A DNA stretch of 64,000 nucleotides. Origin: an uncultured Acidimicrobiia bacterium (GTDB taxonomy: Bacteria; Acidobacteriota; Terriglobia; Versatilivoradales; Versatilivoraceae). The stretch is taken from NCBI GenBank assembly GCA_963786955.1, contig CAWBAT010000008.1, positions 320,001-384,000 on the forward strand, given 5' to 3'. Made by a program: the position numbers and the translations under genes. The notes below the pieces were generated by a model that saw only the letters and a program-made list of their open reading frames with translations, ran no database searches and had not been told where the DNA came from. Below, piece by piece: positions 34,174-42,782 of the stretch (position 1 is the first letter of the stretch; every line of letters begins with the position of its first letter).

Positions 34174-34983
34174 TCAATTCAAGATCGTCAGATTTGCTGG
34201 AGTCTTCGCCTTTTTAGGAGTGAATTGAAACCGGACAGTTGCGAAGTTATTATTATATTTGCCAGTCTCTTCCGGCAAGAACCACTCAGGGTTCACTTGA
34301 ACCTCTAAGACATAGATCCCTTCAGCTAATCCGTCAATCTGAATATATTGACAATCCAATTGCTGCCCGTAAATGTCTGTCCACCCGGATGTTATACCCT
34401 GGTAAGCACAAGTGACAAATTGTCGGGTTTTGCTCCCACTGTACCTTGCACTGTCAATCATGCAGAAACCTTGCTTGCGACCGACTAAAAGGTCTCCACT
34501 CCGCAAAGCATCTGCGAGTAGGCTGGCATTCACAGGAGTATTAGTCGGGGAGTTGACGTCCCGGCTTCCTGTCCAGGCAGTGTAGCCCACATCTGTCCAA
34601 AGGCGATAATCTGCGAACTCTCTATAATGCAAGTGCCCGTGACACTCGCTTAGGTGGAAAAGATTGGGGCATGCGTTCGGGTCTCCAATTACCAGATCAC
34701 CCGAGCCCATGTTGGGAGTGCTAACTGCAAATCTTAGCAACTGGTGTTGTCCCCGCGAGCTGACACAGCCCTCCACCACAGCGCACTGGGTCTGGGAAAA
34801 CTTCTCGGTTGTGACGACGAGGGCATTCCTCAATGCAACGGGATCCACAATCAAGTCAGGCAAAGCTTGGCCTGAGATGACGGTTGCACAAGTTCCCGTC
34901 TGGGCAAAAGCGGCGGTCGGAACAAAAATGATACCCAAAAGCATAGACAAGAGAACGCTGATCATTGAAACGTGTATGCGCAT
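34174..34983 (-). CDS. Secreted lysyl oxidase-like protein
   Basis: Signal peptide, LPDLIVD, CAVVEGC, LLRF, HLSECHGHLH (Cu site), RKQGFCMID (LTQ Lys), QGITSGWTDIY (LTQ Tyr), DCQYIQID, YVLEVQVNP. ATG at 34983 with AAGGAG RBS. Confidence 0.9.
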   Translation of the reverse strand: MRIHVSMISVLLSMLLGIIFVPTAAFAQTGTCATVISGQALPDLIVDPVALRNALVVTTEKFSQTQCAVVEGCVSSRGQHQLLRFAVSTPNMGSGDLVIGDPNACPNLFHLSECHGHLHYREFADYRLWTDVGYTAWTGSRDVNSPTNTPVNASLLADALRSGDLLVGRKQGFCMIDSARYSGSKTRQFVTCAYQGITSGWTDIYGQQLDCQYIQIDGLAEGIYVLEVQVNPEWFLPEETGKYNNNFATVRFQFTPKKAKTPANLTILN

Positions 34984-35172
34984 CGTACTTAACTCCTTGG
35001 GCGAGAATGTAAGAATGACAATCAATATGGTAAACCTGATCCTCGCAACTGCTCCATTGACAGTCGCGGGACGGTTGTTTACGGGAAACTCACCGTTTCT
35101 CCGCAACCGGCCCCAGGGATGTACCTCGGATCGCCGTCCGGGAGGCCGGCTCCCACCTTCGATAAAGCGAAA

Positions 35173-35199
35173 GGGCTGCTAGCTTTTGCATAGCAGCCC
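35173..35199 (-). terminator. Rho-independent terminator after the 35219-35995 gene
   Basis: gggctgcta-N9-tagcagccc hairpin followed by tttcgcttt on the minus strand. Confidence 0.7.
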
Positions 35200-35218
35200 A
35201 ATACTCTCTACAAACTGC

Positions 35219-35995
35219 CTATGGGCACTTCTCCGTCTTCGGATCGCATGTAGGGGGGCAAACCTTTGGATCGCATGGTTTGATGTCGCCTACATTCTTA
35301 AGCGGGATGGTTTGGGCGCCAGAACCGATTGCCCCGGACCCCCCCTCTATGACTTTTGCACTAGCCAAACTGGCTTGCAAGTTGCCGGTTGGACTATCAC
35401 CGTTGCACACTATCTTGAGATCGAACCGCAATACGACCTTCTCGCCCGCCTGGAGACCGGAGACTGTGACGGTCCCGGTACCTTTGGCACCCTTGCTGAA
35501 CGTAACACCAGGATTGTTCACGATGATAGAAACATTGCTATCCGCTGGGTTTTCGACGTTACCCGCGTCGCTGCCCGTAGGATTTGTTCCCTCGCCGACG
35601 AGAACGTCTCCTCTGTTGATTATCACGTTGTACATTTTTTCGTAGGCCACGCCGGACTGGCCAGTCGAGTCCGCGGTCCATTCAAATACCATCTGGATGG
35701 TTTGGGTGCCAACCGCCGCGGGGTCTACACTAATCTGCACGAAGTGGGTGACGAGATCAAGGCAGGCGAAGTCGCCACCTTCAAGCGATTCGACAACGTC
35801 TTTGTCCTTCCCGATCGTGCGGTCGTCGTAGGCCCCACCCCCCGTGCTGTGGTCATAGGTAAATGGCGCTGCGGCGACGAGGTTAAGCGAGAAATTGCCA
35901 CCTGTAGTAGGATTTGGTGGTACAGCCAACAGATTCTGGCCTGCTGTAAGCTGGGCTGCCACAGCCAGTGCTATGGCTAGTATGAATCGATACAT
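35219..35995 (-). CDS. Secreted hypothetical protein with a Cys/Pro/Lys-rich C-terminal tail
   Basis: AAGGAG RBS, signal peptide MYRFILAIALAVAAQLTA, Gly/Thr/Val-rich body, tail KPCDPKVCPPTCDPKTEKCP. Confidence 0.85.
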   Translation of the reverse strand: MYRFILAIALAVAAQLTAGQNLLAVPPNPTTGGNFSLNLVAAAPFTYDHSTGGGAYDDRTIGKDKDVVESLEGGDFACLDLVTHFVQISVDPAAVGTQTIQMVFEWTADSTGQSGVAYEKMYNVIINRGDVLVGEGTNPTGSDAGNVENPADSNVSIIVNNPGVTFSKGAKGTGTVTVSGLQAGEKVVLRFDLKIVCNGDSPTGNLQASLASAKVIEGGSGAIGSGAQTIPLKNVGDIKPCDPKVCPPTCDPKTEKCP

Positions 35996-36605
35996 TGTTT
36001 TTCTCCTTTTCTGTGCACTCTGTGCACATAATTTTAGATTCGATCCCTGCCATTTCTTCTTCATTCCTTCCCCCTTTTTTCCTTGTATAGGTTATGTTTC
36101 AGACAAAGAAAACTTTAATGCCTTAGAGTCAGACAAGCTTCCCACCCTCAAGCTGAGAGCCTCGGCCTCTACTTGCTCACAGCAAACTGCCAAACTGATC
36201 CCGCGATTCGACGCGCTGGAACTCCGAATCCATGGCCGCACTAGTCTCAATTTTTAAGGGATGCGCTCTAAACGCAAAGAAAGTCCTTTGTCTAAAACTA
36301 CGAAGGTAGTGCACGTATTGATCCAAACTTTCGGTTTCGCCGTTCGCCCCCATAGACTTTAAGGAGGTCAATGATTTAGGATGGGCTAGAGCGTATTTGA
36401 GTTTGAGAAGCAACTACCGTGATCATCAGTCAAAGAGAGAAAGGGAAAAGAATTTCCTCTCGGAGGCATGATGTTTCCTAATCAGGATCTTGATGGGAAT
36501 TAACAAGTGCCTAATACAAACGCAATAAATAATGTTCTAAGTCCCGCTCGGACACTCGTCAAGTCCCCCTTGTCAAAGGGAAGGCGTGAAAGAATTCAAT
36601 TTTTG

Positions 36606-36964
36606 GTTCCCGTCCTTGGTAAGGAGGGGGCGAGGGGGTGGTCGCTCTGGTAGGGCGCGCTCGCCGTGCGCGCCGCGGACGGCCCGGCGGTCCGTCCCTA
36701 CCCACTCTGCCGCTACAGAAGCGACAATCTCAAATCGTCACCGAATGCCTTGCCCTTACAGATTCCCCCCCGTAACTAACGCATTACCCAGAATTTCGTG
36801 TTGTAGCCGGCCTCGTCGAGGCCGGAATGAGAAATGATGCCAGCGTCGTCCGAGAGATTGTGCGAGTTACCACAATACCGATACTGGCGTGGCCTTTCCA
36901 GGATTGTTCGAACCACCCCGCCGCCTGTGGCTGCGGCTGCCCCTCCTTATCCAAGGAGGGGAGC
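36606..36964. repeat. Composite REP cluster: CCCTCCTT..AAGGAGGG (family C) arms enclosing family B and D REPs and a MITE copy
   Basis: cccgtccttggtaaggagggg at left, cccctccttatccaaggagggg at right; 36646-36787 matches the 25287-25454 element. Confidence 0.7.
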
Positions 36965-37045
36965 CTTATTGCCAAGTTCTACAAGGCTGCATCCTGTTAG
37001 TGACGAGAACGGCGTCGAATGAATAAATTGAGTGGTGATGAATTT

Positions 37046-37113
37046 GTAGGGGCGAAGCATTCGCCTGGAAGATAGAAACAGATTCACCATCCGTCGTCGA
37101 ATGCTTCGCCCCT
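37046..37113. repeat. REP-like inverted pair (family E)
   Basis: tgtaggggcgaagcattcg...cgaatgcttcgcccct. Confidence 0.75.
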
Positions 37114-37406
37114 CACGGATGGCATCTCTCGACGAGACTGCTGGTGACCTCGCGAGACCAGTCGGCAATGCACTCTAATCATTGATCACGTCAAATAGCC
37201 GGTCCCTTTTCTCGTACGTCGGTTCAATCAGAACCAAAGCTGTTTTCGAGCGGAAAGACGGCTTCCTCCAATCACAGCGATCTAATTGACTCCATCTTTG
37301 CTTTAAATAAACACAGCGGTTAGGATTTCAATGGTAGTATTCAATGGCAAACCCTAACTAAGGCCGAATTGGAAGATAGCTTTTAGTACAAGAAGGAAGC
37401 CACTCC

Positions 37407-37583
37407 ATGAAAATTCTTCTGACGATACTATTCTTCGTTATGGTTGGTTTCGCATTAGTCGGGCTAATTCACGGTAACTTGTTCATCGTGCTGACGAATT
37501 TCACGGCGGTCAAGCATGATGCACAGGTAAGCTTGGTTATTTCCGTTTGTGCCGGTGTTGTCGTTTCTTTTCTTTATAACTGA
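37407..37583 (+). CDS. Small hydrophobic hypothetical protein (58 aa)
   Basis: MKILLTILFFVMVGFALVGLIHGNLFIVLTNFTAVKHDAQVSLVISVCAGVVVSFLYN with an AAGGA RBS; below the ORF-track length cutoff. Confidence 0.45.
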   Translation: MKILLTILFFVMVGFALVGLIHGNLFIVLTNFTAVKHDAQVSLVISVCAGVVVSFLYN

Positions 37584-37807
37584 GTTTAGAGACCCCTACT
37601 CTGCACAAAACAAATGGTCCAGAGGATACCGGGTCAATCTGCCTCTCTTCTGAGTAAATGACCCTTCTCACTCTAGATCCTCAAGATGCACCTGACTTGA
37701 AAATGCAGAAATGATCGTTAGGAGTTCCTTCCAGCAGTTTCCAGATTTTATTTGTAGGGGAACGCACGCTGTTCCGTTTCCCGGACGTCGGAGTCTAAAT
37801 CAAAACA

Positions 37808-38404
37808 ATGAAAGTTCTGATTAGTCATAAACAATTTGAGTACGAAGGTTATGTCAAGATCGAGAAGGCAAAACTACAATTTGAACGCTTTAACGGCACC
37901 ATGAGTCCGGAAATTACCCGCTTTCGCCATTTTCGGGGGGATGCAGTAGCCGTCTTGATTTTTGACCCGGTCCATCTGCAGGTTCTTTTGATCAATCAGT
38001 TTCGTTACCCGGTTTACGCGAAGACAGGCAAAGGATGGTTTTTGGAATGCGTTGCGGGAATGACCGAGGAAAACGAGAGTCCTATTGAAGTCGCAAGAAG
38101 AGAAGTTGGCGAAGAAACCGGACTACAATTAAAGAGCCTCGAATTGCTGACCGAATACTTCTTTGCGCCAGGTGGATCTTCCGACAAAGTCTTCTTGTTT
38201 TTGGGCGAAGTAGAGGATCCTCAAGCTCCACTGGGAATTCATGGGCTGCTTCATGAAGGGGAGGAGATCGAAGCCCGGTGGGTGCCTTTGAAACAAGCGT
38301 TAGCCTGGGTCGATTCTGGGGAACTCTCCGATGCCAAGGCGATTATTGGATTGACGCTATTAGATCGGCGGCTAAGGATGAAAGGGCTAACCACGGGAGG
38401 ATGA
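37808..38404 (+). CDS. NUDIX hydrolase (ADP-ribose / GDP-mannose pyrophosphatase type)
   Basis: NQFRYP, Nudix box AGMTEENESPIEVARREVGEETG, PGGSSD, EGEEI, DAKAIIGL. Confidence 0.9.
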   Translation: MKVLISHKQFEYEGYVKIEKAKLQFERFNGTMSPEITRFRHFRGDAVAVLIFDPVHLQVLLINQFRYPVYAKTGKGWFLECVAGMTEENESPIEVARREVGEETGLQLKSLELLTEYFFAPGGSSDKVFLFLGEVEDPQAPLGIHGLLHEGEEIEARWVPLKQALAWVDSGELSDAKAIIGLTLLDRRLRMKGLTTGG

Positions 38405-38508
38405 GGACCTTCCCGTACTCTTAAGTTTGAACACTGGTGCAGGCCAGAGGTCCACATTACAGTTTTGTGGCGCAGGCGTCCCTCCTGAATCTGGAGTTTG
38501 GACATTGT

Positions 38509-38730
38509 TGCCCCGGCAGGGGCAACCGACGGTAGCCTGGGGCAGAGCTAAGCGACGCCCCAGGTTGGCGTCCCCAAATTCCATTTGCGCCCCGGTAGGG
38601 GCTCTGGAATGCCCGCCGGACAAAGATCCTGCGCCCCTGCCAGGGCGCCGATGATTCTGCCGGGCCTCTTGTTCCTGGGGCACAGCTCCGCTCTGCCCCA
38701 GGCTACCATGCAGCACCCTTCCAGGGTGCT
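38509..38730. repeat. Multi-hairpin repeat element (family F layout)
   Basis: gccccggcaggggc, cctggggc...gccccagg, gccccggtaggggc and mirrored units. Confidence 0.7.
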
Positions 38731-38772
38731 CACGCAGATCTGTGTTTTGTCGTAGGTCTCTGTGTAACCTCT

Positions 38773-39456
38773 TTATTTCCCGACTCCAATCTTCGGGCAG
38801 ACTTCTTCGAGAACACAGCGTTCACAGGCTGGCTTGCGAGCCACGCAAACCTTTCTTCCGTGATGGATCAAGCGGTGAGAAAAATTAATCCACTCGTCAG
38901 GAGGGATGGATTTCATGAGATCCAGTTCAACTTTTTCGGGAGTCTTACCCCTAGTTAATCCTAATCGATGGGTGATCCGAAAAACGTGCGTATCGACAAC
39001 CACTCCGGATGCTGTCCCAAACGCTGTTCCCAAAACAACATTGGCGGTTTTTCGAGCCACTCCCGGCAAAGTCAACAAGCTTTCCATGTCCCTCGGAACC
39101 TGGCCTCCATACTGATTCATAATTCTCTGGCTAGCCCCAATAATGTTTTTGGATTTATTCCGGAAGAAGCCAGTCGTTCGGATCATCTCCTCCAGTTCTG
39201 CCTGCGGGGCATTTGCAAAGGACTGAACAGAGGGATATCTCTTGAATAGGGCAGGGGTTACCTTATTGACTCTGACGTCGGTGCATTGGGCTGAAAGAAT
39301 TGTCGCAATCATCAGTTGAAAAGGGTTTTCATGCCCGAGGGCGCATTGGGCGTCTGGGTACTCGTTTTTCAAGGCCGCAACGATCTCGTTGACCCGCACC
39401 TGGCGAGGCTTAGATGTACGCTGCTTTTGAGGTTTAATGATCGGCATGAGCTTCAT
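38773..39456 (-). CDS. nth: Endonuclease III
   Basis: ATILSAQCTD, HhH LPGVARKTANVV, VDTHV, 4Fe-4S motif CVARKPACERCVLEEVC. Confidence 0.96.
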   Translation of the reverse strand: MKLMPIIKPQKQRTSKPRQVRVNEIVAALKNEYPDAQCALGHENPFQLMIATILSAQCTDVRVNKVTPALFKRYPSVQSFANAPQAELEEMIRTTGFFRNKSKNIIGASQRIMNQYGGQVPRDMESLLTLPGVARKTANVVLGTAFGTASGVVVDTHVFRITHRLGLTRGKTPEKVELDLMKSIPPDEWINFSHRLIHHGRKVCVARKPACERCVLEEVCPKIGVGK

Positions 39457-39510
39457 TCAAAGATCCCCGGAAGGTGTGAAAGAATTGGTTTCGGGGTTGC
39501 TCGGCGAGTG

Positions 39511-39630
39511 TCCCTCTTGGTTAAGGGGGACTCCAGGGGGGTAAGGTAGGGCGGTCTCGCTGAGACCGCCGTGCGGACATTCGGCGCGCACGGCGTGCGC
39601 GCCCTACCAGAGCGCCACCCCCTCGCCCCC
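39511..39630. repeat. Family C and family B REP cluster
   Basis: tccctcttggttaagggggact...ggtagggcggtctcgctgagaccgcc...ggcgcgcacggcgtgcgcgccctacc. Confidence 0.75.
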
Positions 39631-39698
39631 GGAAGCTGTGAAATAAGCAGTTTAACATAAGACCCACTGTTGCCTATCGCTTCGCCCCACAATCCTCA

Positions 39699-42600
39699 TT
39701 ATGGTTGTTCTTTGCTCCTGAAAATCCAGGCATAAACAGTTGGAAGAACTAAAAGCGTCAACGTCGTTGAGGTCAGTAACCCGCCGATGACCACCGTGGC
39801 CAAAGGTCTCTGCACTTCTGCTCCCATGCCGTGGGAAAGAGCCATGGGAATGAATCCAAGGCTCGCGACCAGGGCCGTCAACATCACTGGGCGATACCTG
39901 ACTTGTGCCCCTTCATAGGCCGCGTCACTGGCTGACTTGCCGGAACCCTGAATGGTACTGACATGACTTAGTAATACCAGGCCATTCAATACGGCCACAC
40001 CAAAAAGAGCGATGAAGCCCACGGCAGCAGAAATGCTGAAAGGCATGCCTCGTAGAGCCAGAGCGAAAACTCCGCCGGTGACCGCAAAGGGGACGTTGAG
40101 GAAAATGACCAGAGCCATCCGGATAGACCTGAAGGCGAAATAGAGCAAGCTTAAGATTAGGGCGAGAGTTAAGGGAACCACCAGCAATAAGCGAGAAGAG
40201 GCTCTCTCCAGGTTTTCAAATTGACCGCCCCACTCAATGTAGTAGCCCGGATCGAACTTCACTTCACGAGCCACTCTGGCCCGTGCCTCCCGCACAAAGC
40301 CGCCGAGATCTCTTCCCCGGACATTTGCTTCCACCACGACACGTCGCTGGATCTGCTCACGGCTAATCTGGGCTGGTCCTGTCGAGTATTCCAGCTTGGC
40401 CAACTGTCCGAGCGGCACGATCTGACGGCCATTGTCCCCACCTGCTGGGATTTGAGCCAGCGATTCAAGATCTTTGGCCACAGAATCTGGGAAACGGGCT
40501 ACCAGATCGAAGCGTCTTCGTCCCTCATAGACGGTCCCAACATTGCGCCCAGTTCGAATGGCCTCCACGGTTTCCAACACTTCCGATGCATTAATTCCAT
40601 AGCGTGCAATTTCGTTGCGATTGACAATGATCCGCACCATTGGCAGGCCAGCCACCTGCTCCGCCTTAACGTCGGCAGCGCCTGGGATGGAACTCAGGAC
40701 TCGGGTAACCTGATCCGCCTTGGCTTTCAAGACATCCAGATCATCGCCAAAAACCTTAACCCCGACATCCGACCTGATCCCTGCAACTAATTCATTGAAG
40801 CGCATTTCAATAGGCTGGGTGAAACTGAGTCCTACCCCTGGGATCTCGTGTGCCAGCCGGTCCGCCATCTTCTCGATCAGCGCTTCCTTTGTTTTGGCAG
40901 TGGTCCATTGGTCGCGAGGCCGCAAAATGACAAAGATGTCCGATAATTCAATTCCCATCAAATCTGTGGCGATCTCCGGACTGCCGGTGCGCGATACCAC
41001 CAGCGCCACCTCCGGAAACTGTTTCAGGACGCGCTCAATCATCAGGGTGGATGCAATGGATTCCGACATCGAGACACTCGGCAGCCGGAGTGCATTGATC
41101 ACGATGTCGCCTTCGTCCAACTCGGGCACAAACTCTGTGCCGAGTGTGCTTGCAAGGATCCCTGTGATGGCCAGTACCACAAGAGCCAGGACGAAGGTGG
41201 CGCCTCCGTGCGCCATGGTCCACCGTAGGGTTCGGACGTAGAGCTTACGAGTGAGACTCACCACCCAGGCCTCATGTTCCATTTCCGGCCCTTTGGGTTT
41301 CTTTCTGAAAAGGAAAGAGGCAAGCACAGGAATCACAGTCATGGCAACGATCAGCGAGCCCAGCAGGGCAAAGATGACCGTGATGGCCATCGGATGAAAC
41401 ATCTTTCCTTCTGTTCCTGTGAGCGCGAGAATCGGAAGGTAGACCAGTGTAATGATCAAGACAGCAAAAAATACCGGACGAGCCACTTCGCGCCCACTCT
41501 GACGAGCCAGCTCCAGGACAGGTGTATCCGGGCTCTCAGAACGCTTTCTCAGTATGTTTTCCATCATCACGACCGAACCATCGACGATCAGCCCGAAGTC
41601 AATGGCCCCCAGACTCATCAAGTTGCCTGAGATGCCAAGGTAGTACATGCCTATGAACGCAAACAACATGGAGAGCGGAATGGCCAACGCGACCAGCAGA
41701 CCTCCTTGAAGGCTTCCCAACAAAACAAAAAGAACCGCGATGACCAGTAATCCTCCTTCCATGAGGTTCACCGTCACAGTGCGCAACACGCGATCGACAA
41801 ACTGAGCCCGGTCGTAGAAAGGTCGAATGGCAACGCCAGGAGGAAGAGAGGCCTGGATTTCGGCTACCTTAGTTTTGACTTTTTCGACCACATCCCTCGC
41901 GTTAGCACCCGCCAGCATCTGAACCAGTCCGATTACCGTTTCATGACGGCCGTCCTCCGTGGCCGCTCCGATCCGCAGCATGGACCCCTTTTCTACGGCG
42001 CCAAGATTTTTAATAAAGATCGGGACACCTTGACGGTTGTGTCCGACGACAATGTTTTCAATGTCTTGGATGCCGGAAATCAGCGCTTCGCCCCGGATGA
42101 TGTATTGCTCCTGGTTTCTTTCAATGTATCCGCTTCCTACGTTAGCGTTATTCTTTTCCAGGGCATCAAATACAGATGCCAGAGAGAGTCGAAAGGCAAT
42201 CAAGCTCTGGGGATTAATGACCACATGATATTGCTGTGCTTTCCCACCCCAGGTGTTCACTTCCACTACGCCAGAAACGGAGCGCAGGCGGTAAGCGATC
42301 TCCCAATCGAGAATCGTGCGAAGCTCCATTGGAGTGTAGCCTTCTCCTTCGACTGTGAACTGATAAACCTCACCCAGTCCAGTTGTAAGAGGTCCCAATT
42401 CGGGGCGGCCGAGATTTTGTGGAATCGACTCCAAAGCCGAGTTCAACCGCTCCGATACCAGTTGGCGAGCGAAGTAAATATTCACACTTTCCTCAAAGAT
42501 GACAGTGACTGAGGAGAGCCCATACCGGGAAACCGAGCGGATTTCCGATAGCCGGGGAAGGCCATTCATAGCTGCTTCCACAGGATAGGTGATGAATCGT

Positions 42601-42782
42601 TCAATTTCTACCGGTCCAAGGCTGGGGGATTTGGTTAAAATTTGCACTTGAACATTGGTGATATCGGGAACTGCATCGATGGTGAGATGCTTCAGGGCAA
42701 AAGAACCAGCGATGACGAAGAGACAGGTCACTACAATGACCAAGATGCGATTTTTGAGTGCCAGTTCAACAATCCTGTGCAT
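39699..42782 (-). CDS. czcA: CzcA/CusA-family heavy-metal RND permease
   Basis: DAVPDITNVQV, NLMSLGAIDFGLIVDGSVVMMEN, GTEGKMFHPMA, RYRPVMLTALVASLGF, GAEVQRPLATVVIGG. ATG overlaps the czcB stop. Confidence 0.93.
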   Translation of the reverse strand: MHRIVELALKNRILVIVVTCLFVIAGSFALKHLTIDAVPDITNVQVQILTKSPSLGPVEIERFITYPVEAAMNGLPRLSEIRSVSRYGLSSVTVIFEESVNIYFARQLVSERLNSALESIPQNLGRPELGPLTTGLGEVYQFTVEGEGYTPMELRTILDWEIAYRLRSVSGVVEVNTWGGKAQQYHVVINPQSLIAFRLSLASVFDALEKNNANVGSGYIERNQEQYIIRGEALISGIQDIENIVVGHNRQGVPIFIKNLGAVEKGSMLRIGAATEDGRHETVIGLVQMLAGANARDVVEKVKTKVAEIQASLPPGVAIRPFYDRAQFVDRVLRTVTVNLMEGGLLVIAVLFVLLGSLQGGLLVALAIPLSMLFAFIGMYYLGISGNLMSLGAIDFGLIVDGSVVMMENILRKRSESPDTPVLELARQSGREVARPVFFAVLIITLVYLPILALTGTEGKMFHPMAITVIFALLGSLIVAMTVIPVLASFLFRKKPKGPEMEHEAWVVSLTRKLYVRTLRWTMAHGGATFVLALVVLAITGILASTLGTEFVPELDEGDIVINALRLPSVSMSESIASTLMIERVLKQFPEVALVVSRTGSPEIATDLMGIELSDIFVILRPRDQWTTAKTKEALIEKMADRLAHEIPGVGLSFTQPIEMRFNELVAGIRSDVGVKVFGDDLDVLKAKADQVTRVLSSIPGAADVKAEQVAGLPMVRIIVNRNEIARYGINASEVLETVEAIRTGRNVGTVYEGRRRFDLVARFPDSVAKDLESLAQIPAGGDNGRQIVPLGQLAKLEYSTGPAQISREQIQRRVVVEANVRGRDLGGFVREARARVAREVKFDPGYYIEWGGQFENLERASSRLLLVVPLTLALILSLLYFAFRSIRMALVIFLNVPFAVTGGVFALALRGMPFSISAAVGFIALFGVAVLNGLVLLSHVSTIQGSGKSASDAAYEGAQVRYRPVMLTALVASLGFIPMALSHGMGAEVQRPLATVVIGGLLTSTTLTLLVLPTVYAWIFRSKEQP

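Noticed and set aside
35186-35980. 264-aa plus-strand ORF and similar long antisense ORFs over sdhA, czcA and the porin
   Set aside because: Shadow frames opposite well-supported genes, with no motifs of their own.
36255-36355. c-di-GMP-I riboswitch upstream of the secreted protein gene
   Set aside because: Only isolated GAAA and ACGCAAAG-like pieces, on opposite strands; the P1-P3 arrangement could not be built.
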